Virus record (IMG/VR): IMGVR_UViG_3300010885_058378 | Location: 62,001-126,000 of that record | Reading direction: 5' to 3' (one strand) | DNA: 64,000 nucleotides | Origin: an uncultured virus (IMG/VR IMGVR_UViG_3300010885_058378) | Taxonomy: Duplodnaviria > Heunggongvirae > Uroviricota > Caudoviricetes | The notes under the pieces: model-generated | Told to the model about the DNA's origin: nothing | The model's input: the letters and a program-made list of their open reading frames with translations, nothing else | Database searches by the model: none | Translations under genes and position numbers: made by a program | Part shown: in pieces, positions 39,742 to 52,200 of the stretch | Layout: every line of letters starts with the position of its first letter | Position numbering within the stretch: the first letter of the stretch is position 1

Positions 39742-42700
39742 TTAATTAAACCATCCAGGACCATTATTATTTGTATCACACCACCAAGGAATCTCATTAT
39801 ATGATAGAGTGTTATCGGAACATAGCGAGATAGTATCTTCATCTAATCTTAATGGCTTAGCATTAAATGAACAACCAGCAGATATGCAACTCGCAACAGA
39901 GCCAAAAACAGAAGCATAAGGATTATTATATTGGGTTAATAGATTTATTGATGGAGATACTGTGGTTGTCCCTTGTGATGTAGGAGTATCTACCACTACT
40001 GGATCAGTTAACCCTGTAAAACTTTTTGCAGATCGTATGGTTCCGTCACCAACAACAATATGGTCAACATATAACCACCCACTAACACTAAGATTAGCAT
40101 ATAATTTTGCTGCCGAACCTGTGATATCAATACCTGTGGCTATAACTTCTGGCTCACTACGCTTAATACTTACGGTAGATGTTCCTGTAAAATCGTTAGA
40201 ATTAACAGGACGATAGTAGGCTGCCTTATGCCATTCATTAAGATTGGGCAACCAATACTTTCTATACGATGACTTAACAACATTATAAGAATTACTTCCT
40301 ATACTATATATTGTATATGCTCCGACACTTAAATTATAATCAATATCAGACTCACTTAGCGTAATACTTGCTCCATTATGTAGCCAATTAATGAATTTAA
40401 TGGCACTCAAGTAGCTAACAAAAACTACTGGTTTATCACCCATATTTGACTTTGTACTATACTCATATCCAGCATTACTAATACGAGTAATTCCTCCTTG
40501 AGCATTACTACTCATTCTAATGTCATATAGTTCACGATCATTAATTTTTGCTACTGCATTTAAAAATGCACAGTATTGTGTATTTGTTACTTCGTATTTA
40601 CCAATACGATAAATATTATTTACAACACCAAGATTATTAATAACTTGTTGAGAATAAACTGTTGGAGATCCTGCTGGGTTTTTAATATAAATAGGATTTA
40701 AATCTTCTATATTTTTAGGATTATTAACTCCAACAAAAGACATATTAAGACCATTTGTACTAGAGATATAAGTCTGGTCTGTTATACCTTGTAGACTAGC
40801 AATTCTAAACCCAACATAATTATATCCTGATGCTCTAATTAAGGACTCAATACTTTTTAAAACATTAGATCCTATTATGCTGTCATTTGCTGTAGAATAA
40901 GCTCCTCCCGCAATAAATTCTATACTATCTCTAGATTCTATTGCGTCTTGTTTTTCTATCCATTCAGCAGCATTACCGTTCTGATCGTATGTTCCATAGT
41001 AAGACGGCAATCCATTAGTGCCCACACTAGACAATAATCCAGAAAAAATATTTCTACTATTATCATATGCGTAATTTGCAGATGAATACTGGTTTGATAA
41101 TCCTACTCCTGTAATATTAATTATTGTAGAAAACATATCCGAACGACCCGTGGCAAAACCCGAATAGATTCCAGAAGGTATTAATATTCTTCCTGTATTT
41201 GCTTTAATAAATAATGCTGGATCATCACCAAGTCCATATACTGAGAAATTAATATCTTTTTGGCCAGCATTAAATGTTGTATCTACTAATGGTCTAATGC
41301 TTAAAGTATTAGAAGAAGAATTTGAAATTATTCCATCATCAACACTCTTAGTCATTGTTAAATATCCACCCTTAGTTATGGAGTAAATATTAATATTCGA
41401 TGTTGTATTTTGTACGATGCTTTCATCAACTAAAAGTCCAACAATAGCATTGCCATTTAGCTCTAAACTAATAATTTTTCTATATAAATTGGATCCATTG
41501 TATGATATTACTATTTGGTCTCCAGGAGCAAACTCATCAGAAGGAATGCTATCTGTGAAAGTAATTTGTCTTAAACAAGCTGTTGCTGTTCGTGGAGAAT
41601 ATTTCGTCCAAACTATGTCTCTCTCAGTTAAGAAATAGTCATCTAGAGTATATATTCCAGTAATTGCTCCGTTTGCTGTTGTGCTCAATAATTTATTTGC
41701 TGGAACAGGAATTCTTAATGATCCTGCTGAGTCAATACTGAGTGGACTATTAATTATTTTGCCACCAGAAACCATCAATAATCCACTAGACCCTAAATTG
41801 CTAATAGTTATATTAGATGCATCAATATTTTGTGCAGATATACTTGTTAAGTATGAGGTTCCTGTGGCGTATACTGAGGAGGATGAGAATGTTATGGACG
41901 ATTGTGGACTAACGGTTATTTGACTGCTTCCATTAGTTAATGACAAATTACCATTATTATTAATCTGTAATCTATTTCCACTATATCCAACATATGTAGA
42001 ATCTACTGTGGTTTGTATGGTTTTTATTCCTGTGACACCAGAAACTACTGTGATATCTAATGAGCCCTTTTCTCCATAAACTGTTGTATTGACTGCTCGT
42101 GATTCTATCTGGGCATAATTTGTTTGATTGCCTGTGGAGTTTTTAGCAGAAAGGTTGATCTGGGAAACTACGCTTCCACTAGCTATGTCTGTGGATGGTT
42201 TATGATAAAGTGTTATATTTGCTGGATAACAGGATGTTCTATTTTCTAGTCTTAAGCCTTCTTGACAAACTGTATTAACAATATGAAATACTGTTGATGG
42301 TCGTGAGCCTGATGGAATGTTGATTCCTACTCTTCCGTCATAAGAAAAAAATAAATTTTTATTTAATGATCCACTTCCATAAACTATAAAATCACTACCA
42401 TTACTATTATTATTAACAATAAATGGATATGTGCCACTGGTCGGTATGATAGTATCTGCGGATGATGCTGAATTTGCTCCGATAAATACTCTTTGAGACC
42501 CTGAGTCCCAATACATTTCTGCATTATTGATGTCTGCACTCATTATAGAAAAAGTATCAGAATCATTATTTAATGACTGTACGCCCATTCTTTCTGGCGG
42601 CTTATTATTTAGTACTACCCAATCTTTCCCTGTTGACGCCAATCTTGCATAATTATTAAACGAATCTAGTGTGCATACTAGCGAACCATCCTTATCGTTT

Positions 42701-43200
42701 ACAAATAATGAGTTTGATGATTCTATTAGTTTTAATTCAATAATAATATTGTTTGACTGGTCTAATGATGGAAGATTAATACTAATAGATTTTGAAGAGC
42801 AGTCTACAAGATACAAGGCGCTTATAGGATCTAAACATAAGTCTTTATCAATAACGATTGTGTTGTTTAATCCTTTATCAAAAGAACTTTGATTAGCAAA
42901 TACATAAAAGTCATTACCAGAAGATGGAAAATCTACTGTATTGTTATTATTAGATGATGAAATAGTCTCAATTCTTTTAACAACAATATTACCACTATTA
43001 TCAAATACTATTTCCCCAACACCAGTTTCAAATAAGCGACTATTTAAGTTTCTGGCTATGTAAGGAATTAAATATCCTACATGATTGGTATTAAGAATAT
43101 TATATGTTTTTATAGCAGATACTGGCTTAATAACGTCATTTTCTATAACGAAATTAAATCCAATATTATCAAATACTCTAATTGATTTATTAGGTGTCAT
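39742..43200 (-). CDS. Tail fibre-like protein with permuted FGE-sulfatase (C-type lectin fold) domain
   Basis: YGTYDQNGNAAEW, VGFRIAS, IGKYEVTNTQY, KPVVFVSY, LPNLNEWHKAAYY; GRVGIN...P fibre motif; first gene after the TMP. Confidence 0.8.
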   Translation of the reverse strand: MTPNKSIRVFDNIGFNFVIENDVIKPVSAIKTYNILNTNHVGYLIPYIARNLNSRLFETGVGEIVFDNSGNIVVKRIETISSSNNNNTVDFPSSGNDFYVFANQSSFDKGLNNTIVIDKDLCLDPISALYLVDCSSKSISINLPSLDQSNNIIIELKLIESSNSLFVNDKDGSLVCTLDSFNNYARLASTGKDWVVLNNKPPERMGVQSLNNDSDTFSIMSADINNAEMYWDSGSQRVFIGANSASSADTIIPTSGTYPFIVNNNSNGSDFIVYGSGSLNKNLFFSYDGRVGINIPSGSRPSTVFHIVNTVCQEGLRLENRTSCYPANITLYHKPSTDIASGSVVSQINLSAKNSTGNQTNYAQIESRAVNTTVYGEKGSLDITVVSGVTGIKTIQTTVDSTYVGYSGNRLQINNNGNLSLTNGSSQITVSPQSSITFSSSSVYATGTSYLTSISAQNIDASNITISNLGSSGLLMVSGGKIINSPLSIDSAGSLRIPVPANKLLSTTANGAITGIYTLDDYFLTERDIVWTKYSPRTATACLRQITFTDSIPSDEFAPGDQIVISYNGSNLYRKIISLELNGNAIVGLLVDESIVQNTTSNINIYSITKGGYLTMTKSVDDGIISNSSSNTLSIRPLVDTTFNAGQKDINFSVYGLGDDPALFIKANTGRILIPSGIYSGFATGRSDMFSTIINITGVGLSNQYSSANYAYDNSRNIFSGLLSSVGTNGLPSYYGTYDQNGNAAEWIEKQDAIESRDSIEFIAGGAYSTANDSIIGSNVLKSIESLIRASGYNYVGFRIASLQGITDQTYISSTNGLNMSFVGVNNPKNIEDLNPIYIKNPAGSPTVYSQQVINNLGVVNNIYRIGKYEVTNTQYCAFLNAVAKINDRELYDIRMSSNAQGGITRISNAGYEYSTKSNMGDKPVVFVSYLSAIKFINWLHNGASITLSESDIDYNLSVGAYTIYSIGSNSYNVVKSSYRKYWLPNLNEWHKAAYYRPVNSNDFTGTSTVSIKRSEPEVIATGIDITGSAAKLYANLSVSGWLYVDHIVVGDGTIRSAKSFTGLTDPVVVDTPTSQGTTTVSPSINLLTQYNNPYASVFGSVASCISAGCSFNAKPLRLDEDTISLCSDNTLSYNEIPWWCDTNNNGPGWFN

Positions 43201-43202
43201 GA

Positions 43203-46200
43203 TTAAGCTTTACCCATTGGTTTGTTGTTAGCGGATGAATTAAAGGCGCCTTCAGTAACTTTTCTATCATAGCTTGCAAAAGTATTTTGACTAGCATGGC
43301 GACCAGATAATTCTCCTGCTTGTGCTGCACTACTTACTATTCTATCTCCTTCTTTTCCGAATCCTAGAAAATCAACGACGTTCTTAACTTCGCCATGTAT
43401 ATTTAAAGTATTTGGCAAATTATCAGCAGATTGTGCAAACCCAGCTGTTGAATTACCAAAAGATTGGGTTGCATTAGCAAATGTTTGGCCGAAATTATTT
43501 AATGTTTCAGTACTACTTTGCATCATTTGACTATATGATTCCATTCCTGATTGGAGTGCGGTGCTTAGTTGGCCAACTGCTTCGTTCATAGCCTGTCCTA
43601 CTGCAGTGCTAATACTAGATGATATATCATTAGATACACCACTACTACCACCACTGCCTCCAGTAACTGGTCCAGCATTGGCATAATATTTGGGTGCAAC
43701 TATTCCACCATTGGCCAAATAGTTAACAATTCCACCTCTATTGAAATGGCCACTATTTATAGCATTAAGAAGAGGCATATGTTGCTGACTAGATTCTCTG
43801 TTAACAACAAACTCTCCAGGAGTTAGCATGGCTGGTACAGTATCTGTTCCCTGAGATAATGATGGAACTAATGCTCCATTATTAGCATATACTAAACCTC
43901 CAGAATTGTAAGTAGCAGCATCATATCTTGCCGGATCACTACTTTGTTGTTGTGCTTTTTTATATTCTGGTGACTGAGTATAGTGTAATGGAATACGTCC
44001 TTGCTCCGCTAAATCATTTGCTCTCTGTTTGAATCTTTGTGATTGTTCTCTATTAGCAATATCTATTGATCCTGCTTCAGTTCCAACCTTTAGACTTTCA
44101 GAACCAAAACCGATGCTTCCTCCAACAACAGCACCAGCAGCAGGACCAACCACTGGAACAACACTTCCAGCAGATGCTCCAATTGCGGCTCCCCTAGCAG
44201 CCGATTCCATTTGTGCTAATCTTTCATCTGTATTGTTTGATATTTCTTGATTAGCTAATTTACCTATTATTGAACCTCCAGAAGATGCTGAGCCAGATAT
44301 TGCTCCGAATACAGCCCTTGTTGGAGCGCTAATTCCTTGTTGTATAGCTTTTTCATCTTGTAGTCCTGCCATTGCTCCTCCTGCTATTGCTAACACTGGA
44401 GCCATTTTACCGGCTATTTGACCAGAGACTCTTCCTGCTGAAGACAAAGATGATGAGATCATTGGTGCTGCATTTGCTGCTGTATCTAATGACGCTTTAG
44501 AAATATCTCCAATGGCCTGAGTTTTATCTAGTGATGATTTTTCATTAGATAGTAATGTTTGAGTACCAGTTACAATATCGGCCATGCCTCTACCAACTCC
44601 TGCAACCCCTTTCATAGGAGCATTAGTAGCAAAAGTTTGAGCCAATCCTAATGCTGATGATGCTGTATCTAGAGTAACATTGCCTTCATATGCTGCTTTG
44701 CCAATATCACTTACATTTTTAGCTGTCGTAGTAGCCGTTTTAACGATAGCATTTACAGAGCCTCCATCGGCAAAATAACTTACTAGTCCTCCCTTGCTAT
44801 ATCCATGGAATTTCATTAATTGTTTTAGAATACTTTCTGCTCTCTTATTCCCCTTTACTTTGCTCATGTGCTGCATCAAGGTGCTTAATAGCTCATATGG
44901 AGCTTTTTTGATTTGGCTTGCAGAATATCCTTTACCTCCTGTTATAGCAGCTAATCCCTTTGGATCATCAACAAATGACTCGATTTGTTTCATTAATCCT
45001 GAAGATTTTAGCTTTTTGCCTCCAAAAGGATCAATCTTCATTCCGGCAGTTTTAGTTTGGAAAGAATGAGCCAATTCATGCTGAACTACTGATGTTTTGG
45101 CATTAGGATCCCTAAATACCATTTTGTTACCTGAAGTAACCATAGCCTCAGGATTTTTTACTGGACCTATATTCTTAGCAACTTTCTTTTGAGCCTCAGC
45201 TAGTGCCGTAGGATCAACAGATACTGATTGTGGAGTAGACTTATCGATAAATTCTGATAAGAACTTATCCCTTCTTGCTGGAGTAACATAATCAGCCAGA
45301 TCATTAGCTAGATTCTCTTGAACTTGTCTTATATTTACTGGATCAGTAACATTTATAACTTCTGGTAGTGGTCGTTTGGTCGGTAGTACTGCTACATCTG
45401 GTTTTGTTCTGGCCATAAATTCTTCAGCGGTAACTCTGGGCTTACTAGCTCTTTTAGCGGCCTTTGCTTCTTCAGCAAGTCTAGTATATTCTGCTGCTGT
45501 TATTTTGGGTTTGACTGGAGACCCTGATGTTGGCATAGTCAAATCAATATTTGATAATTTTTCATCCAATGCTCTGCTTCTTACAGCTTTGGCTTTTGCT
45601 GCTAGTCTACCATAATTACCATCATATTCTAATGGATTAATATCGTCTATGCTTCTTATCTTTGTAGGGGCAGACTCTGCGAATGTTACAGGCTTTGCTG
45701 GTGCCATATCCTTAAAAGGAGAAGTAACATTTGATCTATTAAGATTTGGTCTTGAATAATTTGGAGTTATACCTCTAACTCCTATAACATCACCCATTTG
45801 AGTAGCAACGTCTTGAACACCCTCAACAAAATTATTAACTACTCTTCCAGCTCCGCGAGCACCTGGAATTCTACCTCCCAATCTTCCTGCTCCTCTAGCA
45901 ACCCCCGTAATAGCTCTGTCTACTGTTCCAGCAGCCCTACCAACACTAGCAGCACCAGGTATTCTACTAGCAGCCCTACCAACACCAGAAACACCAGGTA
46001 TTCTACTAGCGACTCTTCCAGCAGCCCCTGCCATTCTACCGGCAGCATTAAATACTGCTCCTTCTGCATTGATTACTGCTCCTACGCCTTGAGAGGCTGC
46101 ATATCCAGCAGTTTGGAAGCCTGCTGTGGTAAAACCTAAATAACTATCCATTCCACCAGCCAACTCTACATTTCTAGCATCATTTCTTTGTAGAGCAGTT

Positions 46201-49200
46201 TCTGTTCCATTTTGTATTGGCCCCATACCAGCAACAGCTTGTCCAGCTTCAACAAAACTAGTTGCTCCAGCACCCATAGCTCTTAGTCCAACATCGGCAG
46301 CCGCAGAAGTTGCTGCAGAATAAGCCCCCTGTTGGTTATTTAGTCTGTTGCTGTTTGCAGTAAATGTTCTTGCTCTTATAATGGCAACATCTTGAGCAGC
46401 CGCTATCTCTTGAGGAGATGGCATTGGTCTGCCATTAGCTCTAGCCTCATCATACATATTTTCGGCTGTTCTGTTTCTTAAATTATTTTCATCTCCAATT
46501 TTAACAGCTGTATCATCTCCAGACATAGCATACCCAATACCTCCAACAATAGGAGATACAACTGTTGCAACTGCTCCGGCAGTTATATTTGCCGCCCCAT
46601 AAAGGGCGTCTCCAATACCCTGAGTTACTCCTCCAACATATCCTACTGCTGCCGTAGCAGGATTGCTACTATTTATATATAATGATGCTTGTCTATCTTC
46701 TTCAGCTTTTTGTTGTTGTGCTCTAACCTTTTCTGATGCAGTAACCTGTTGAGCCCCCTCAAATTGCGCTATTGCTTCACTATTAGCTTGATCCTGTAAT
46801 AATTGTTCGGTTGTTGGAACAACATAATTTTCAAGTTTTTCCATATACGGTTTTGGCATATATTTTCTTTGTTCAGTCCTGTACTGTTCTCTTTGATCTT
46901 CTTTAACTTTTCCTTCACTAAGCAATTGATTAAATTTATTGTCTATTTTGCCTGTTTGTTCATCTATTTTAGATCGATTTCTCTCATTAATTACTTGCTG
47001 TCTTCTTTGTTTCTTATAAGCTTCTCTATTTCCTTCATCATCTCTCCATGCTCCTGATTCTAATAGCTGATTAAATTCAACATCAAATGTTTGTTCTTGA
47101 GCTGCTATTTGTGCTCTTTTTTCTATTCCTATTTTTGTACTAGTAATAGCACTGTCTGCTTCTCTCTTTTTCTTGGTATCACTTGAAGTTGTGGCCGTTT
47201 GAATTGAAGAAGATAATCCTGGACTAGCAGTTGTTCTATAAACATTTTGTGTTTCTGCTTCTGCTCGTAATTTTGGATCATTACTATATTCCAATGGATC
47301 TGTAGCACCAGCATGTTGATAAGCTATTTGACTATTAGACAGCTGATTTGGATACTTTATCATTGCCTCAGTAGCTAGTGTATTCGATGGTGATCCAAGA
47401 GGAAAACCGAAAGAATCTCTGCGTGAACTTTCTCTATCTCTAGTTGTTTTTTGAGACTCAAACCTTGGATTAGGATCAATTCCATATGCACGATAGCTTC
47501 CAGCAACATAATCTCCAGGCAATGATACTCTAGGACTTGGAACCATTGGACCAATATTAACACCTAATCTTTCATCCTTATTCTTAATTTCTGGTGTTCT
47601 CAGATTAACAGGAGCATTAGTCTGAGATGCTAATCCTTGTCGAACGCCCGAAGAGACCGCAGGATCAGTTATATCAGGTCTTGCAGTAGTATACTGCTGT
47701 CTAATTCCCGATTCGATTGCGGCATTTTGTTGGGCAGCCTGTTGCTCATTGCTTGGTCTTGAGTAGGCTTCATTTATTCTGGAGGCCGTTGCTGAATCAA
47801 GACCGCTAGGATTTACTGCGTTGGGTCGCTGAAGGGCAGGCGATTCAGAAGTTTCAGATTCGGGATTGATAAGAGGATTAAGTCTATTGTATCTGTCTCT
47901 CTTTACTCTTTTTGATGCTGCAAGATTGTCTTCAACATCTCTGGATTGAATATTATCAAGTTTTTGAGATAATGTTCTTTTATAGTTTATAGTATCTAAT
48001 CGATTTTGTTGGTCAGGAGTTCTTTTTGATGGCGGAATATTATTTAAAGCCATTTTCCTGGTTATTTCAGATTCACTTAATCCATCAATTACGGCTTCTG
48101 AATAGCCCTGTTTTGTACGCAAAGCAGCATATTCTGTTTCTTCTTCTGAACTTCTTCCTTTGCTTCCTTTAAGCCATAATGATCGTCTTCGTGACTCTTC
48201 AGATTTAATTCTTTTTCTCTCATTGATAGTTTCTTGTGTTGGTCCAACATTTATTGCCGCTCCTCTGCCCCAAGGTATTTTTGTCATAATCGGTAGAGGA
48301 ACTGCTACTGGAACTGGTTGTTCCATAGGGCTTTGAGCCATTTGATTATTTGATGCTTCAGTTTCAGCAGCACTGGCTTTTTCAAATCTTTCTTTAGATC
48401 TTTTCTTTTCTTCATTATAAAAATTAACTCCAACAATACCAGAGTTAGGATCTTCCTTTATGCTGTCATATCCTGAATTATTAGCACTTCTGAGTTGTGC
48501 ATCAGCCTTTCTATTATTATAATTATCCCATCTATTTTGAAATTCTGGTTCATATTTTTTGGCTTCTGATTGTCTTTCATCCTCTGTCATACCCATCCAT
48601 CTACCATCACCTACCTGAGATTGTGCCCAACTAGATGATGTTCTAGAAACTACCTCATCAGGTCTTCTTCCAGTTGCCTCTGACATCATCCATGATTCTT
48701 TTTGAGCATCTATTCTTTCTTCTTTTCTTTTTTGTACTTCGCCACCATCTGCTAAATAAACCACTCCGCCCTTACTATAATTTCCACTATTAATAGCCTT
48801 CAATAGTGGTAAGTGTTCTGAGGTTGATCTTGCATTAATCACAAACTCGCCCGGAGTTAACATAGCAGGAACAGTATCAGTTCCTTGTGGTTGGAAATTT
48901 ACTAATTGACCTTCACTAGCATAAATTAATCCTCCGCGAGCCTTCGGAGGAGCAACTGGGGCGGCAACTCCGATATTTAATGGAACTTTAGCTCCGCCAG
49001 GAGCATTAATTCTACCCTCATTCATATCATTATTAGCCATGCTTGCTTCAACAGTTGTTCTAAGATCATCTATACTAACCTTAAGGTTGGCATTTGCTGA
49101 TACTAGAGCCTGCTGAGATTCTAATAAAGCCAACTCTCCTTGTGCCTTAGTAGCGTCAGCCTGCAATCCAACAGACTGTAAATACTTACCAGCAGCTTCT

Positions 49201-52200
49201 TGCATTGCGGGATCAGCTTTAGGATTTTCCATAGCAGCTATTGATTGCTGAACAAGAGGATTATTCATCATTCCACTCTCGATAGCCATACTCTTTGTTA
49301 ATTGTAGTTGTTGTTGTTTAAAATAATCAGCAACAGCTTGGTCAGCACTTACCCCAGGCTTTCCTTTACCCTGAGCATATTGATTTCTAATATTTAGCTC
49401 TTGAGCCGCTTTTACTCCAGGATCTTGTGATAGGGCCAGTGTTTCTTTTCTTTGATTGGCTAATACTGTGTTGCCAGCCTTAGTAGCTTCTCTTACGCTT
49501 CCTGTTTCTCTTAATGTTTGATTAAATGCCTTACGAGCATCTCTTTGATTACTAGCACCATTTAATCCTCCAGAAAGATTTCTTTGAAGTCTTATAAATG
49601 TTTTATTAAGTTTGTCGGCTTCTTCTGGAGTATTTGTTAGTAATGTATTAACAAAACTTTCTCTATTCTTCTGAAGATCTCTAACATTCTTTAAATCATC
49701 AAATGCTTTTTCTACTAATTCTGTGCTACTTGCTAATGTGTCTAAAGCTTCTCTTGTATCTCTTAATTGATCGTCTAATGATCTTAGTTGTATAGCAGAT
49801 TTTTTAAGTTCATCAGGATCGCTCATGCCCTGTCTTTTTTCTTCTACTGCTGTTCTTTGTGCTTGTAAGTCAACAATTCTATTTTTAATTCCACCAACAG
49901 AGGTTTGTCCACCGGCTAATCCGGCCACATCACCCATAACTCTTGCTTGTTTCTCACCATAAGTTTCGCCAACTCCGGTCATAACCTCTCTAAGATTTCT
50001 ATTCCCTTGGGTGCTAATATCTCTAGATTTCTTAAAATAATTCTGAGAATCTTTTGCTGCTTTACTAGCATCTCTAAGACCTTCGGAGAAATCGGCTAAT
50101 GCCCCTTGCTTAAACGATGATAATGCTTTTACTGCTTCAAGCGTTTTAACTCCAAAGGCCCCAAGAATATTATCAGCCTCTCCTAATCCTTCTCTAAAAG
50201 CGTCTAATTCTGCTTGAGGCGTATCATTTTTTTTCTTAGATTCTTCTGCTAAATTATTTATTCTTGTTTCTGCTTGTTTTTTAAGACTTGTCTTTTGTTC
50301 GTCTGATAAGTTTGTTTTATCTATTTGTTCATTAGTAGTTTTAATAGCCTCTGTTTTGGCTTGATCAACGTTCAAATTTGCATTAGTATTTAATTTTTCT
50401 GCTATACTTTTTGTTATAGCATTTGGTAATTGTTGTTGTAGTTGTGCTCCGCCTATTAACTGGTTCCTAGTTTTTTCATCAACTCCTGCTGTTGCAGACT
50501 GTAAGGCTTGATTAAAATCTTTTTCAGAATAGGCATTTGGATTTTCAAGAACATTTAATTCTCTTAGCTTGGGTCCACGATCTTGTGATTCTCCTCTTAA
50601 TGCTGATCTACTTTCTTCGGCTGATGATTTTCTAACATCAGATTCGAATTTAATTCTATTAACAGATTCACTAATAATACTTGATAATTTTTCAAAACTA
50701 GCTGCTAGTTTTCTGCCAGCTTTGTCTGCAGCCTCTAAAGCATCAGACATTTGTTTTGTTTTTATTGCAGATTGAACCTGAACATTTGTCAGTATTTTTT
50801 GATTAGCAACTTCATCTAATATTGCATCTTGTTTTTCTTTAGAAACCTTCTCATACCCACCTTCTTCCATAATTCTTGCTCTAACCGTTTTAAGAGCATC
50901 TTCATCTGCTAATACTAATGCTCTTCTAGCACCAATTAATTCTTTATCTGCTTGTATAGATTCTACACTAGCTCCAGTATTAATTTTTTGTGATATTAAA
51001 GCAAATGCCTTGTCTCCACTATCAGCATTTCTTTCAGCTATCTTGCTATCTAATTCATTAAAATCTTGAGTATCCATCTTCGGCTTTTCTGCTCCGGATA
51101 GAAACTCTGTCCATGTTCTGGTTTTACCCTTTTCATTTTGTGCAACCTTAGTCTCAGCAGAAACAGCTTTTAGAGATGATTCTGATGATCTAACAAGAGC
51201 CTTATCTAAAGCCTTTTGTAGATCTATATTACCAATATCTTTCTCAAAATCCTTGAAAGCCTTAGCTAAATCTTTTTCAGAAGCGGCCACTTCTTCAAAT
51301 CGTAAATTCTTTTCCATTTCTAGAGCAGCAGTTTTTTGTGCTCCAGTAAAATCAGTAAAATAATCAGTAGTAGCATAAACTACTGTTCCTAAAGCCGCTA
51401 ATCCGCCTAATAGAGGATTTATAGCCATTAATTGAGAAGCAGTAGTTAAACCAGTTGCTAGTGTTGATCCGGCCTGTTCAATAGCGGCACCCTTACCAGC
51501 AGCAGCAATCTTTCCTTCGTCTGTGGAAGTATCATACATTAGATTTGCAATATTTTTCCCTTGTCCACCAACTAATCCTGCCACCATACCAACGTCTCCC
51601 AAAGCTGTTCCAATTCCTTGAGACGCTGTTCCTGAGAAGTATCTTTCTTGAACAGCTTTTTTAATAGGACTATTTCTCCAATCAGTCAACCCACCAGCGC
51701 CAACTCCTTTTTCGCCCTGCTCTTTGGCCATTTCATTAATCATTTCTCTTCTTTTACCAACTTCTTCCTTAGCAAGAGAGAGTGCTTCTGATGCTGATTT
51801 GACTGAGACACCTCTAACAGTTCCAGCATTCTTATACTCTTCTAATCTCATTGCAATAAGCTGCTTATCCATCTGGGCCAATGTTTTACGATCAGTCATT
51901 GACTGAGAAATATAGCTTTGAATATCAGATCCACCAATACCCATATCCGATAATTCTGATTTTTTAATTCCTGTAACTTTTTGAGTAGCACTACTAAAAG
52001 ACATTTCTTTTATTTCTTTGGCCTGTTCATCTAATCTGCGTTTAACTTCTTCTTTAATTTGACTAGCATTACCAAATGATGGTCCGTATCCTCCTGGTCC
52101 ACCGCTAAGACTTTGTGTTAATTGCTTCTCCCTTTGTGCTTTAATACTTTTTTCTATCCTGTCGGCTTCTGTTAAAATGGCTTGCTGGGCACCACCAGAA

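Noticed and set aside
31880..41080. Diversity-generating retroelement targeting the C-type-lectin-fold domains
   Set aside because: No reverse transcriptase in the window and no near-identical TR/VR pair differing at adenines was seen. The two domains are diverged protein paralogues. A DGR elsewhere in the genome cannot be excluded.
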